Shown here: piece by piece, positions 7,351 to 15,023 of the stretch
Layout of the letters: every line of letters begins with the position of its first letter
How positions within the stretch are numbered: position 1 is the stretch's first letter
Source of the DNA: Candidatus Velamenicoccus archaeovorus
GTDB taxonomy: Bacteria > Omnitrophota > Gorgyraeia > Velamenicoccales > Velamenicoccaceae
Length of the DNA: 32,000 bases
Direction of reading: 5' to 3'
Assembly (NCBI RefSeq): GCF_004102945.1
Contig: NZ_CP019384.1
Span: forward strand, 930,001-962,000
The notes under the pieces: model-generated
Told to the model about the DNA's origin: nothing
What the model saw: the letters and a program-made list of their open reading frames with translations, nothing else
Database searches by the model: none
Translations under genes and position numbers: made by a program

Positions 7351-8375
7351 TCCTCAACCTCCCTGAGGTATTGCGCCGCGTCTTCCGGGGTGATGGGGCA
7401 GATATAAAACCCTGTTCCCCATTCGAAGCCTGCTGTGCTGCCTAATCTGGGAATGATCTCTATGTGCCAGTGATAATCGTCTTCGATGGTTGTCCAGTAC
7501 CCCGTTTTTGCTTTTTTCCTGCGGAAAGGGGCCGTATGAAGGACGATGTTGTATGCCGGGTCGTCTAGGGCCACTTTTAACTTTGTTAAGACTTTTTTTA
7601 AGACTTTACCCAAGTAGAGGCGCTTTTCGACGCCCATGCTGGAAAAATCGCAATTGTGCTCTTTGGGGAGGATCCAGACCTCGAAAGGAAAACGCGAAGC
7701 GAACGCCGTGACGGCGATAAATCCGTCGAAGTCAAGGACGATCCTGTCTTTCGACTCGATCTCCTGATGGACCAGGTCGCAAAAAACACAACGCTCATGA
7801 TATTCATAGTATTTTTTGGACCCGATCAGCTCCTCTTTGACGCGTTTGGGTGTTACGGGCGTGGCGATCAGTTGGCTGCGGGAATGTTTGACATGCCCTG
7901 CGCCGGCGGCGACCCCGTAGTTTTTAAAGACCAGGACGTATTTGAAGCGTTCGTCTCTCCCTAAATCAACGAAACGGTCGATCCAGCACGTGACGGTTTT
8001 GGCGATCTGCGTCTCTTCCAGATCGGCGATGTTTCCGATGTGTTTGGGCGTTTCGATGATGACTTCATGGGCGCCTATGCCGCTCATGACGTCATAGAGC
8101 CCCCGCCCGTGCCTGTTGATGCTGCCTTCGACCCGCAAAAAAGGTCGCTTGCTGGGGACGACGCGGGTGTCCCAACCGGGCTTGTCCGGCGTGCTTCCCT
8201 CTTTGCGGATGGCAAAGATCTCGTGGGGCGTTTGGTCTTCCTTGCCTTCGCAAAAGGGGCAATCTTCCTCTGTGTCCTTGTGCGAAGGGGCCTTAAAACC
8301 TTTCGGCCTGCGGGAGCGTTCGACCGCGATGATGACCCATCTTCCAATGACGGGATCTTTTCTTAATTCGGGCAT
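7347..8375 (-). CDS. GalT-family paralog with the nucleophile His replaced (H164-S-R166)
   Basis: 342 aa, ATG 8375. It has the same architecture as the downstream paralog: CPFCEGKE, GIGAHEVIIETP and YHWHIEIIPR. The HxHxQ motif, however, reads KHSRSQ (nt 7878..7886). Confidence 0.75.
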   Translation of the reverse strand: MPELRKDPVIGRWVIIAVERSRRPKGFKAPSHKDTEEDCPFCEGKEDQTPHEIFAIRKEGSTPDKPGWDTRVVPSKRPFLRVEGSINRHGRGLYDVMSGIGAHEVIIETPKHIGNIADLEETQIAKTVTCWIDRFVDLGRDERFKYVLVFKNYGVAAGAGHVKHSRSQLIATPVTPKRVKEELIGSKKYYEYHERCVFCDLVHQEIESKDRIVLDFDGFIAVTAFASRFPFEVWILPKEHNCDFSSMGVEKRLYLGKVLKKVLTKLKVALDDPAYNIVLHTAPFRRKKAKTGYWTTIEDDYHWHIEIIPRLGSTAGFEWGTGFYICPITPEDAAQYLREVEE

Positions 8376-8442
8376 TGTCTTTTCCTGGGTACGGTTCTAA
8401 AATGAGACCGTTTAGTCGTTGGGCCCTTAACGTAACTCAGAA

Positions 8443-8470
8443 ATTTTAACACATCACCGCATTCTTGCAA
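8443..8470 (-). promoter_or_regulatory. sigma70-type promoter TTGCAA-N16-(TGt)TAAAAT for the GalT pair
   Basis: Minus strand reads TTGCAAgaatgcggtgatgTGtTAAAAT. The -35 is at 8470..8465 and the extended -10 at 8451..8443. This leaves a 5' UTR of about 60 nt before ATG 8375. Confidence 0.35.
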
Positions 8471-8546
8471 GTATTTTTAAGCGTTTGGACGGGGGTCCGA
8501 TAACCTCCGAAAGCGAGCTCTGTCCGTACAAAACCTGCCTGGATTT

Positions 8547-9482
8547 TTAAGCCCCCAGGATATTTCCGATTTTGACGTCATGTCCGGCCAGGAAGCTGGA
8601 TACAGGCATCTTCCGGTGGGATTCAGGCAGGACTTCGGTAATGATGACCGTACCCCGCTTGCAAGCAATAACCAGGGCATTATCTGCGGCCTTAACGATC
8701 GTCCCCGGCCTTGCTCCACGGACAGGTCGGCCGGGTTTCAGTTCAAGGATTTTAAGGATCTTTCCCCGAAAGTACGTAAAAGTGCCCGGCCATCCGTAAC
8801 ATCCCCGAAAGCGATTATAAATCTGCGCGGGAGTCTCTTGCCAACGGATCAATCCATCTTGCTTGTGCATAAGAGCGGCGTAAGAGACAGCCTTTTCGTG
8901 TTGTTTCTTGAGGCGGCAGCGGCCTTGCTCGATCATGGCGAGGAGCTTATTGATATATTTCGACGCCAAAACAGCCAATTTTTCATCCAGGAGGGGTGCC
9001 GTGTCATCCCGGCCGATCTTTAAGGTTTTTTGCAGAAGGATGTCGCCGCAATCCATGCCTGCGTTCATTTTGATAAATGTAACTCCCGTTGTTTTTTCGC
9101 CGTGGATGAGCGCGCGGTTCACCGGCGCCGCCCCCCTGTATTTCGGCAGGAGCGACGAATGGATATTGATACCCATGATGCGCGGCACATCCAAAAGTCC
9201 GGCCGAAAGGATCCTGCCGTAAGAAACGACGAGAAAAACGTCCGCATTTTCTTTCTTCATTCTTTCCAGCGATTCGGCGTTATTAATATCCTCCGGCTGG
9301 AAGACGTTCAGGCCATGATTGAGGGCAAAGGTCTTGACCGGTGTTGCGCCTAAATGCAGATGGCGCCCTTGTTTCCTGTCAGGCTGCGTCACGACAAGGC
9401 TCACGGGAAACGCGCGCCTGTCGATGTTTTCCAGGATTTTAACGGCAAAGTTTCCGCTGCCGAAAAAGACGATGTTCATCAT
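8547..9482 (-). CDS. fmt: methionyl-tRNA formyltransferase
   Basis: 311 aa. MMNIVFFGSGNFAVKILE; VVTQPDRKQGR; NIHSSLLPKYRGAAPVNRALIHGEKTTGVTFIKM (formyltransferase SLLP/HxSLLPxxRG block); C-terminal Fmt domain. Confidence 0.9.
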   Translation of the reverse strand: MMNIVFFGSGNFAVKILENIDRRAFPVSLVVTQPDRKQGRHLHLGATPVKTFALNHGLNVFQPEDINNAESLERMKKENADVFLVVSYGRILSAGLLDVPRIMGINIHSSLLPKYRGAAPVNRALIHGEKTTGVTFIKMNAGMDCGDILLQKTLKIGRDDTAPLLDEKLAVLASKYINKLLAMIEQGRCRLKKQHEKAVSYAALMHKQDGLIRWQETPAQIYNRFRGCYGWPGTFTYFRGKILKILELKPGRPVRGARPGTIVKAADNALVIACKRGTVIITEVLPESHRKMPVSSFLAGHDVKIGNILGA

Positions 9483-9485
9483 GTG

Positions 9486-11399
9486 TTATTCCCGGGCCGG
9501 GTCAAATGTTGCGATGACGCCGCTGCGGCGGCCGCAGACAATGCGACGCAGGGCCTTCTCTGTTTCCCCGAGTTCCTTGTATTTGATAAGCATTTGATAG
9601 CGGAAACTCCCGCGCAACTTAAACGGCCTGGCGGGTTGCGGCTCAAAAATTTCTGCGGCCGTCGCGTGTCGTTTAAGGGATGTCTTGAGGATCCGAAAAG
9701 CTCTTTTCGCCGCGCTCAGGGCAACGGGTTCTGCGGCCGCCCTTATTGTCAGGATCCCCAACCTGACAACAGGCGGCAAGTTGAGTTCGCGCCGTTCTTC
9801 AAGCTCTTTTTCGAGAAAACCCGCAGTATCCCGTGTTTTAAGAAATCCCCAGACATAATGTTCGGGCATTTTTGTCTGGATGATGAGTTCGCCTGTGGTG
9901 ATGCGCGACAATGTCAGGAAACGGCGAAAGGCATCTTCCGTTGCGCGAAAATCAGGCCGCCCAAGCATGAGGTCCGCCGAAACCACGACGATCCGGTCGA
10001 AACAATGCCTGAAGACATTCGGGTCTTCCAGGATTTCCTGCGTCGCCAGCATTATATCATAAGATTCCGACGGCTCGGCAGTCTTTGAGAATTGCACGAC
10101 CCTGACGGACGGGAAAAGCCTGTGCAGCTCGCTCTCGACTTTTTCAATCCCGAAACCCGAATAGCGCACGTAAGCCGCTGAACATGTGGGGCAGATGTCC
10201 CTGGCCTCTTGCTCCAGATGGCATGCCGGGCAGATCAAACGCTTGATGGTGCGGTAATACGCCACAGGAGAGCTACAGCGTTCGCATTCGACGGCTTTTT
10301 TGCATCTTGGGCAATAAAGAAATGTCGAGAATCCCTTCTGGGGCACGAAGAAAAGCATTTTTTCTTTCTTTTCAAGCAGCTCCGCCACGCGGAATTCCAG
10401 CACTTTGGAGACCATTTTTGTATGGCCCTTGGGAACGAATTCCTGCTGCATATCGACGACGGTGGTCCGCGGCGCCGTTCGCGGCTCACCGCAGCTCAAC
10501 AAAGAGGCTTCCTGGCGTTCCACCAATGCAAAGGCCTCCAGAGAAGGAACGACAGCCCCAAAGACAAGCTTTGTCCCTTCAGCTTGCGCAATTTTGAGCG
10601 CGATATCCCGGATGTGATAATTGGGAACCTGCTGTTGACGATAGGCGAAGTGTCCTTCCTGGTCGACAATGATAAGACCCGGCCGGCGGACCGGAGAAAA
10701 AATCGCGCTGCGTGTTCCTATGACCAGGACCCCTGTTTTCTGCTGCGCTCTTGTCCAGGAATTTCGTACAACAGCCGGTTTCTCGTGGGAAGAGATGACG
10801 CAGGCCGTGATACCTGTTTTTAATTGTTCGCGGGCGTGGGCGATCATCGCATAATCCGGGACAAGCACAAGGGCGTCCTTGCCTTGGGCAAGCGTAGATT
10901 TGACGAGGGCGAGATAGGCCTTCCAGCGCGCATTGCCGGACACATCCTCAAGCACATAGATATTCTTGCGCGGATCCAAGCGATCCAGGAATGCTGTCTC
11001 TTCTTGTGTCAGAGGATCGAGCGAAGAAGGCGTATCGTCGGACACGGTCGTTGCGATATGGCCCATTGAGATTCTTAGGGGGCGGGGCAGGACAGTTTCA
11101 AACCCTTGGGCCAGGGAACAAAAATATTCACGGCTCAGGAAGTGCGCCAACGATATCAGGCGGTCGTTCAGCAACGGCCCATGAGGATCGAGGCATTCCG
11201 ACAAGGGCTTGAGTTTTTTTTCATAGGGAGATGTGCGCTTAAAAGCTGTCACATAACCTATGAGTTGTCTGCGGCCGAAAGGGACCCGGACGCGGCATCC
11301 GACGGCCAGGCTGCTGCGGCAGCGGGCCGGAATACGATAATCGAATGTTTCGTCCAGGGCCAAAGAGACGGGGATTGCTATCTCGGCGATTTTTTTCAT
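9486..11399 (-). CDS. priA: primosomal protein N' (PriA) homolog with degenerate helicase/ATPase motifs
   Basis: 637 aa, collinear with E. coli PriA as I recall it. The N-terminal DNA-binding region, LAQGKDALVLVP, VIGTRSAIF, the four-CxxC zinc region (CPRC..CERC..CPAC..CPTC) and the C-terminal domain are all present. Walker A reads DVSGNARWKAY, DEEH reads DQEGH, GSATP reads GAVVP, and no GRAGR is present. Confidence 0.8.
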   Translation of the reverse strand: MKKIAEIAIPVSLALDETFDYRIPARCRSSLAVGCRVRVPFGRRQLIGYVTAFKRTSPYEKKLKPLSECLDPHGPLLNDRLISLAHFLSREYFCSLAQGFETVLPRPLRISMGHIATTVSDDTPSSLDPLTQEETAFLDRLDPRKNIYVLEDVSGNARWKAYLALVKSTLAQGKDALVLVPDYAMIAHAREQLKTGITACVISSHEKPAVVRNSWTRAQQKTGVLVIGTRSAIFSPVRRPGLIIVDQEGHFAYRQQQVPNYHIRDIALKIAQAEGTKLVFGAVVPSLEAFALVERQEASLLSCGEPRTAPRTTVVDMQQEFVPKGHTKMVSKVLEFRVAELLEKKEKMLFFVPQKGFSTFLYCPRCKKAVECERCSSPVAYYRTIKRLICPACHLEQEARDICPTCSAAYVRYSGFGIEKVESELHRLFPSVRVVQFSKTAEPSESYDIMLATQEILEDPNVFRHCFDRIVVVSADLMLGRPDFRATEDAFRRFLTLSRITTGELIIQTKMPEHYVWGFLKTRDTAGFLEKELEERRELNLPPVVRLGILTIRAAAEPVALSAAKRAFRILKTSLKRHATAAEIFEPQPARPFKLRGSFRYQMLIKYKELGETEKALRRIVCGRRSGVIATFDPARE

Positions 11400-11411
11400 G
11401 CTGTTCTTTTA

Positions 11412-12524
11412 TCAGAGTTGGGCTTCGATAAGATTGACGATATCGACCGTGGAAGCCGGCCGGGCCAAGGCGCGGCAATTAGCGCGGAAGGCATAGAGCT
11501 TTTGTTCGTTCTTTTTAAAATCGAGCACTTCTTTTTCTATGGCCTCCAGGCCGGAAACAATCCTGCCTGCGCCCAGGGCCTGCATCGTATTGGCATTGAT
11601 GGTTTCCTGGCCGGGCAAAAGACAAAAGAGGATCATGGGCAGTTCCATGTTCAAGGCTTCTGTGACGCTCAATCCTCCTGCTTTCGTAACCATGACATCG
11701 GAAACGCGCATCAGTTCCTGCATATTGTCCACGAAACCGAAGGCTTTGATATGAGGATGCCTCATATCGGTAAGGGCCTGATGAAGTTTTTTGTTGTGGC
11801 CGCACACCACCAGGAGCTGCGCATCGTTCTTGAGCCTGTCGGCTATTTCCGCGATAGGGCCTATGCCGATGCCGCCGGTGGCGACCAGAACGGTGAATAC
11901 CCCCTCTTTGACTTCAAGCTTTTTACGGACAGCCGCGGCCTCGTCGACATGGAGGAATTTTTCATCCAGGGGGATGCCCGTCACGACGATTTGCGATTCG
12001 CTGATGCCTTTTTTCATCAGGATATCTTTGGTCGAAGGGGCAGCCGCGCAATAGAGGTCGGTACCGGGGTTGACCCAAAAGTTATGGACGCCGTAATCTG
12101 TGACGACGGTGATGATGCGGGCCTTCAGTCTTTTCTTTATTTTGGCATAGGCGGCGATCTCGGAAGCCAAAAATTGCGTGGAGATGATGATGTCCGGGTC
12201 CTCATCAAGCAAAAAACGCACAAAGGACCTGCAGGCCATGACGTCCATGAAACGCCGCAGGCCCACATTGATCCAGGACAGCCGGGGGCTGTCGCTTAAA
12301 CGATACATCACGGCCCAGAGCCACGGCAGATGGCTGATGACGAACGTATATCCGTCCGAGTAAAGTTTTCTGACAAGAAACGGCATGTATTTGACGACGT
12401 CCGCCGTATGGACATTGCGGTATGCGGATTTTGCCTTATGGAAAATGGCTTCGGCCGCTTTTTTGTGGCCGGAGCCCGCCGTGGCATAAAGGATCAGTAT
12501 TTTCTTGGAATCTTCGACTGTCAT
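11412..12524 (-). CDS. MGDG-synthase-like / processive diacylglycerol glycosyltransferase (GT28, UgtP-like)
   Basis: 370 aa. KILILYATAGSGHKKAAEAI N-terminus; VTDYGVHNFWVNPGTDLY; C-terminal GT28 block VVCGHNKKL...MVTKAGGLSVTEALNMELPMI. Confidence 0.75.
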   Translation of the reverse strand: MTVEDSKKILILYATAGSGHKKAAEAIFHKAKSAYRNVHTADVVKYMPFLVRKLYSDGYTFVISHLPWLWAVMYRLSDSPRLSWINVGLRRFMDVMACRSFVRFLLDEDPDIIISTQFLASEIAAYAKIKKRLKARIITVVTDYGVHNFWVNPGTDLYCAAAPSTKDILMKKGISESQIVVTGIPLDEKFLHVDEAAAVRKKLEVKEGVFTVLVATGGIGIGPIAEIADRLKNDAQLLVVCGHNKKLHQALTDMRHPHIKAFGFVDNMQELMRVSDVMVTKAGGLSVTEALNMELPMILFCLLPGQETINANTMQALGAGRIVSGLEAIEKEVLDFKKNEQKLYAFRANCRALARPASTVDIVNLIEAQL

Positions 12525-13225
12525 GTGGCCAAAAACTCCCGGATTATTTTAAGCCGTTCCTGCGTTCCCATATCGTAAAAAGGACCTTGGGCGACGTACG
12601 CCGCCAGATCGTGATTCCGGATAAGGATGTCATAGACGTCTTCTTCCAGAGAGCAAGGGCGTCCTGCAGGGATTGTCTGCAACAGGTCGTGCTTAAAGAC
12701 TCCGACCCCGCCGGATGCGTAGCTGGCCCCGGAGGATGGAAGTTTTTTGTGATATGCTTTCACGAGTCCATCCTCATTTGTGGTGATATTGAAGGCAGGC
12801 CGGCAGGACGGGTCTTTTGAGACGGCGATCGCACCCATCCTGTCTTGTCGATAAAAAAAGTCGACTAATTCATGAAGTTCAAGCGGAAAGAGCGTATCGC
12901 CGTTCATCAAAATGAAATTGCCGGATATTTTATTCTCGGCCAGCTTGAGGGCGCCGCCTGTTCCCAGCGGCGTCTCTTCGTGAGAATAGGCGATATGCAG
13001 GTCCAGCCCGACGCCGTCCTTGAAATATTCCTCGATCCGCTTGCCCAGATAACCTGTAAGGATCAGGATATCGCGATATCCTTGCGCCTTAAGCATCTGG
13101 AGATCATAATACAGGAAGGGCTTCCCGTGGATGGGCACCATAGGTTTCGGGATGTCGTCCGTCAGGCGGCCCAGGCGCGTCCCCCTGCCGCCGGCTAAAA
13201 TGACAACCTGCATATTTTTGCTCAT
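12521..13225 (-). CDS. sugar-1-phosphate nucleotidyltransferase (HddC-like, possibly heptose-1-P guanylyltransferase)
   Basis: 234 aa. VVILAGGRGTRLGRLTDDIPKPMVPIHGKPFL NTP_transferase signature. It lies immediately downstream of gmhB. Its stop forms an ATGA overlap (12521..12524) with the start of the next gene (11412..12524). Substrate is inferred from context only. Confidence 0.75.
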   Translation of the reverse strand: MSKNMQVVILAGGRGTRLGRLTDDIPKPMVPIHGKPFLYYDLQMLKAQGYRDILILTGYLGKRIEEYFKDGVGLDLHIAYSHEETPLGTGGALKLAENKISGNFILMNGDTLFPLELHELVDFFYRQDRMGAIAVSKDPSCRPAFNITTNEDGLVKAYHKKLPSSGASYASGGVGVFKHDLLQTIPAGRPCSLEEDVYDILIRNHDLAAYVAQGPFYDMGTQERLKIIREFLAT

Positions 13226-13237
13226 CCATCCAGCTTT

Positions 13238-13276
13238 TTAATGAGACTTTAAGGTCTGGCCTAAAAGTCTCATTAA
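13238..13276. repeat. 13-bp perfect inverted repeat with 13-nt loop spanning the gmhB stop codon
   Basis: ttaatgagacttt (13238..13250) and aaagtctcattaa (13264..13276). It is followed on the minus strand by AAAAAGC rather than a U-tract, and lies 12 nt upstream of ATG 13225. Confidence 0.5.
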
Positions 13277-13830
13277 GCGCGTTCGTATCTATTGCCGACG
13301 ATGTGTCTGGCGGCGTCCAGAAGGTTCTTGGCGATGAAATCCGGCAGGACATCCCAGCCGCCGGCGTTTTCGAGCTTCTCGCGGCCGGAAAGCACAAGGA
13401 TCGTCTTGCAACCGAAAAGCTTTCCTGCCTTGACATCTCTTAGGCTGTCGCCGATAAAATATGAATTATCTTTATCCGCTTTTTGGCCCGCCGTCGCCTG
13501 TTTTAAGAGGCCGTCTTTGGGTTTTCTGCAGGCGCAGTTCATCGCGTCGGTATGCAGGCAATAGAGGGCTTTTTCGATCCTGCCTCCCTGCCGCTTTGCC
13601 TGGGTCAGCATACGGTCTGTCATCTTGTCCAGCGTTTCTTTGGAATAAAGCCCTTTGGTGACACCAGCCTGATTGGATATCACAAAGATGCGATAGCCTG
13701 CCTGTGTCAGAAGTCTTACGGCCCGTAAAGACCCGGGCAGAAAACGGAAATCACGCAAACGGGTCACGTATTTGCCGTCGCCGGGGTATTTGTTGATAAC
13801 GCCGTCCCTGTCAAGAAATATGAATTTCAT
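13273..13830 (-). CDS. gmhB: D-glycero-D-manno-heptose 1,7-bisphosphate phosphatase (HAD-IIIA)
   Basis: 185 aa. FLDRDGVIN HAD motif I; ISNQAG motif II; the GmhB zinc motif C-x-H-x5-C-x-C-RKP (CLHTDAMNCACRKPKDGLL); YFIGDSLRD motif. Confidence 0.85.
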   Translation of the reverse strand: MKFIFLDRDGVINKYPGDGKYVTRLRDFRFLPGSLRAVRLLTQAGYRIFVISNQAGVTKGLYSKETLDKMTDRMLTQAKRQGGRIEKALYCLHTDAMNCACRKPKDGLLKQATAGQKADKDNSYFIGDSLRDVKAGKLFGCKTILVLSGREKLENAGGWDVLPDFIAKNLLDAARHIVGNRYERA

Positions 13831-13872
13831 GCCGGTGGGGTTTTGACTTCAGAACACAATTTTAATAACTGG

Positions 13873-13901
13873 TTGACATCGCAGGTAATAATGATAAAAA
13901 T
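13873..13901 (+). promoter_or_regulatory. candidate promoter TTGACA-N17-AAAAAT, 6 nt upstream of the ATG (possible leaderless transcript)
   Basis: ggTTGACAtcgcaggtaataatgatAAAAATaatagcATG. The -35 is at 13873..13878. The -10 is weak (4/6). The geometry matches the 3139..3167 promoter, and there is no SD before ATG 13908. Confidence 0.3.
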
Positions 13902-13907
13902 AATAGC

Positions 13908-15011
13908 ATGGAAAATCAAGCGCGTAAAGAACGCATTCTTGTTGTTCAGCCTTACGGCATCGGCGATACGCTTTTTATCTTTCCTCTTCTCAAAGCCCTC
14001 AAGCTCCAAAGAGATGCAGAACGCCTCGATGTCATCATCGGCCCCAGGACCCGCCAGCTAATGCAGCTCTGTCCCTATGTCGATGAAATCCACGTCATCG
14101 ACAAGGACCTATGGAAACGCATATCCAAGATCGCCGTTTTGCGTGAAAAAATAAAACTTCTTTTCCATTGCGCCTCGAGACATTATGACCTGGCTTTCGA
14201 TTTTTCCATGCAGCCCGAATATTCTTTTTGGGCCAAATTCTTCCTGCGTATTCCCATCATAGCGGGTTTCAATTATAAGAAGAGGAATATCTTTCTTAAC
14301 AAACCTCTGAACCTTCCTGAGCAGGGCTACAGCGGTAAAAGCGTCATTGAATACGTATGCGATTTGGCCGGCTTGATCGGACTGGACATTGCCGACAAAA
14401 AGCCGGAGTTAAGGCTTTCTTCGAATGTCGAAGCAGCGGCGGAGAAACTTCTAAAAGATGGCGGCTGGAGCGGCGGACGCTATATTGTCGTTTCAGCCGG
14501 CGGAGGCGCAACGTGGGGCATGGATGCCTATTACAAACAATGGCCGCCGGAATATTTTGTGCAGTTTTTGAAGCTGTTGGGGGTCTTTTTCGATCCCGGC
14601 GCTATCGTGCTTCTAGGGACAGACGACGAGCGGCGTTTCGAAAAGCTTTTTTCCGGTTTATCGGCGCCCATCATCCCTCTTTTCGGAGAAACGGACATCG
14701 CCGAAGCCGCAGCTATTATCAAACATGCCGCTTTATTCATCGGAAATGACGGAGGCCTGGCCCATATCGCTTCCTGCCAGGATATTCCGATGGCCGTTTT
14801 TTATGGGCCTGCCGACCCGAAAGTTTACGGTCCTTATCCTTCAAGAGAAAATGCCGTCGTCTTATCCAGGCGGCTCCCTTGTCAGCCTTGTTATCAGTAT
14901 TTCCGCTATAATAAATCCTGCCAGGACATCGCCTGCCTTAGAGGGCTTCTGCCTGAAGATGCCTTGGCGCAGCTTAATGAAAGACGTTTTTTTGAATTTT
15001 TTAAGAAGTGA
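13908..15011 (+). CDS. glycosyltransferase family 9 (LPS heptosyltransferase-like)
   Basis: 367 aa; the only plus-strand gene. ILVVQPYGIGDTLFIFPLLKALK N-terminus; LLGTDDER; LFIGNDGGLAHIAS; typical GT9 layout. Confidence 0.8.
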   Translation: MENQARKERILVVQPYGIGDTLFIFPLLKALKLQRDAERLDVIIGPRTRQLMQLCPYVDEIHVIDKDLWKRISKIAVLREKIKLLFHCASRHYDLAFDFSMQPEYSFWAKFFLRIPIIAGFNYKKRNIFLNKPLNLPEQGYSGKSVIEYVCDLAGLIGLDIADKKPELRLSSNVEAAAEKLLKDGGWSGGRYIVVSAGGGATWGMDAYYKQWPPEYFVQFLKLLGVFFDPGAIVLLGTDDERRFEKLFSGLSAPIIPLFGETDIAEAAAIIKHAALFIGNDGGLAHIASCQDIPMAVFYGPADPKVYGPYPSRENAVVLSRRLPCQPCYQYFRYNKSCQDIACLRGLLPEDALAQLNERRFFEFFKK

Positions 15012-15023
15012 TCCTGAAGGCGT

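Noticed and set aside
11106-12299. 397-aa plus-strand ORF antisense to the GT28 gene. Similar long antisense or alternate-frame ORFs occur at 9354..10088 +, 5622..6224 +, 5674..6252 +, 15099..15737 +, 17768..18445 +, 3787..4545 - and 880..1464 -
   Set aside because: All lie entirely within strongly supported genes. Their translations are Arg/Gly/Asp-rich and low-complexity with no recognisable motifs. This is typical of shadow ORFs opposite or out of frame with GC-rich coding sequence.
13238-13276. 13-bp perfect inverted repeat after gmhB, considered as an intrinsic terminator
   Set aside because: No U-tract follows it on either strand: AAAAAGC on the minus strand and GCGCG on the plus strand. 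The next gene starts 12 nt later in the same operon. It is kept only as a structural repeat that might affect coupling or mRNA stability.
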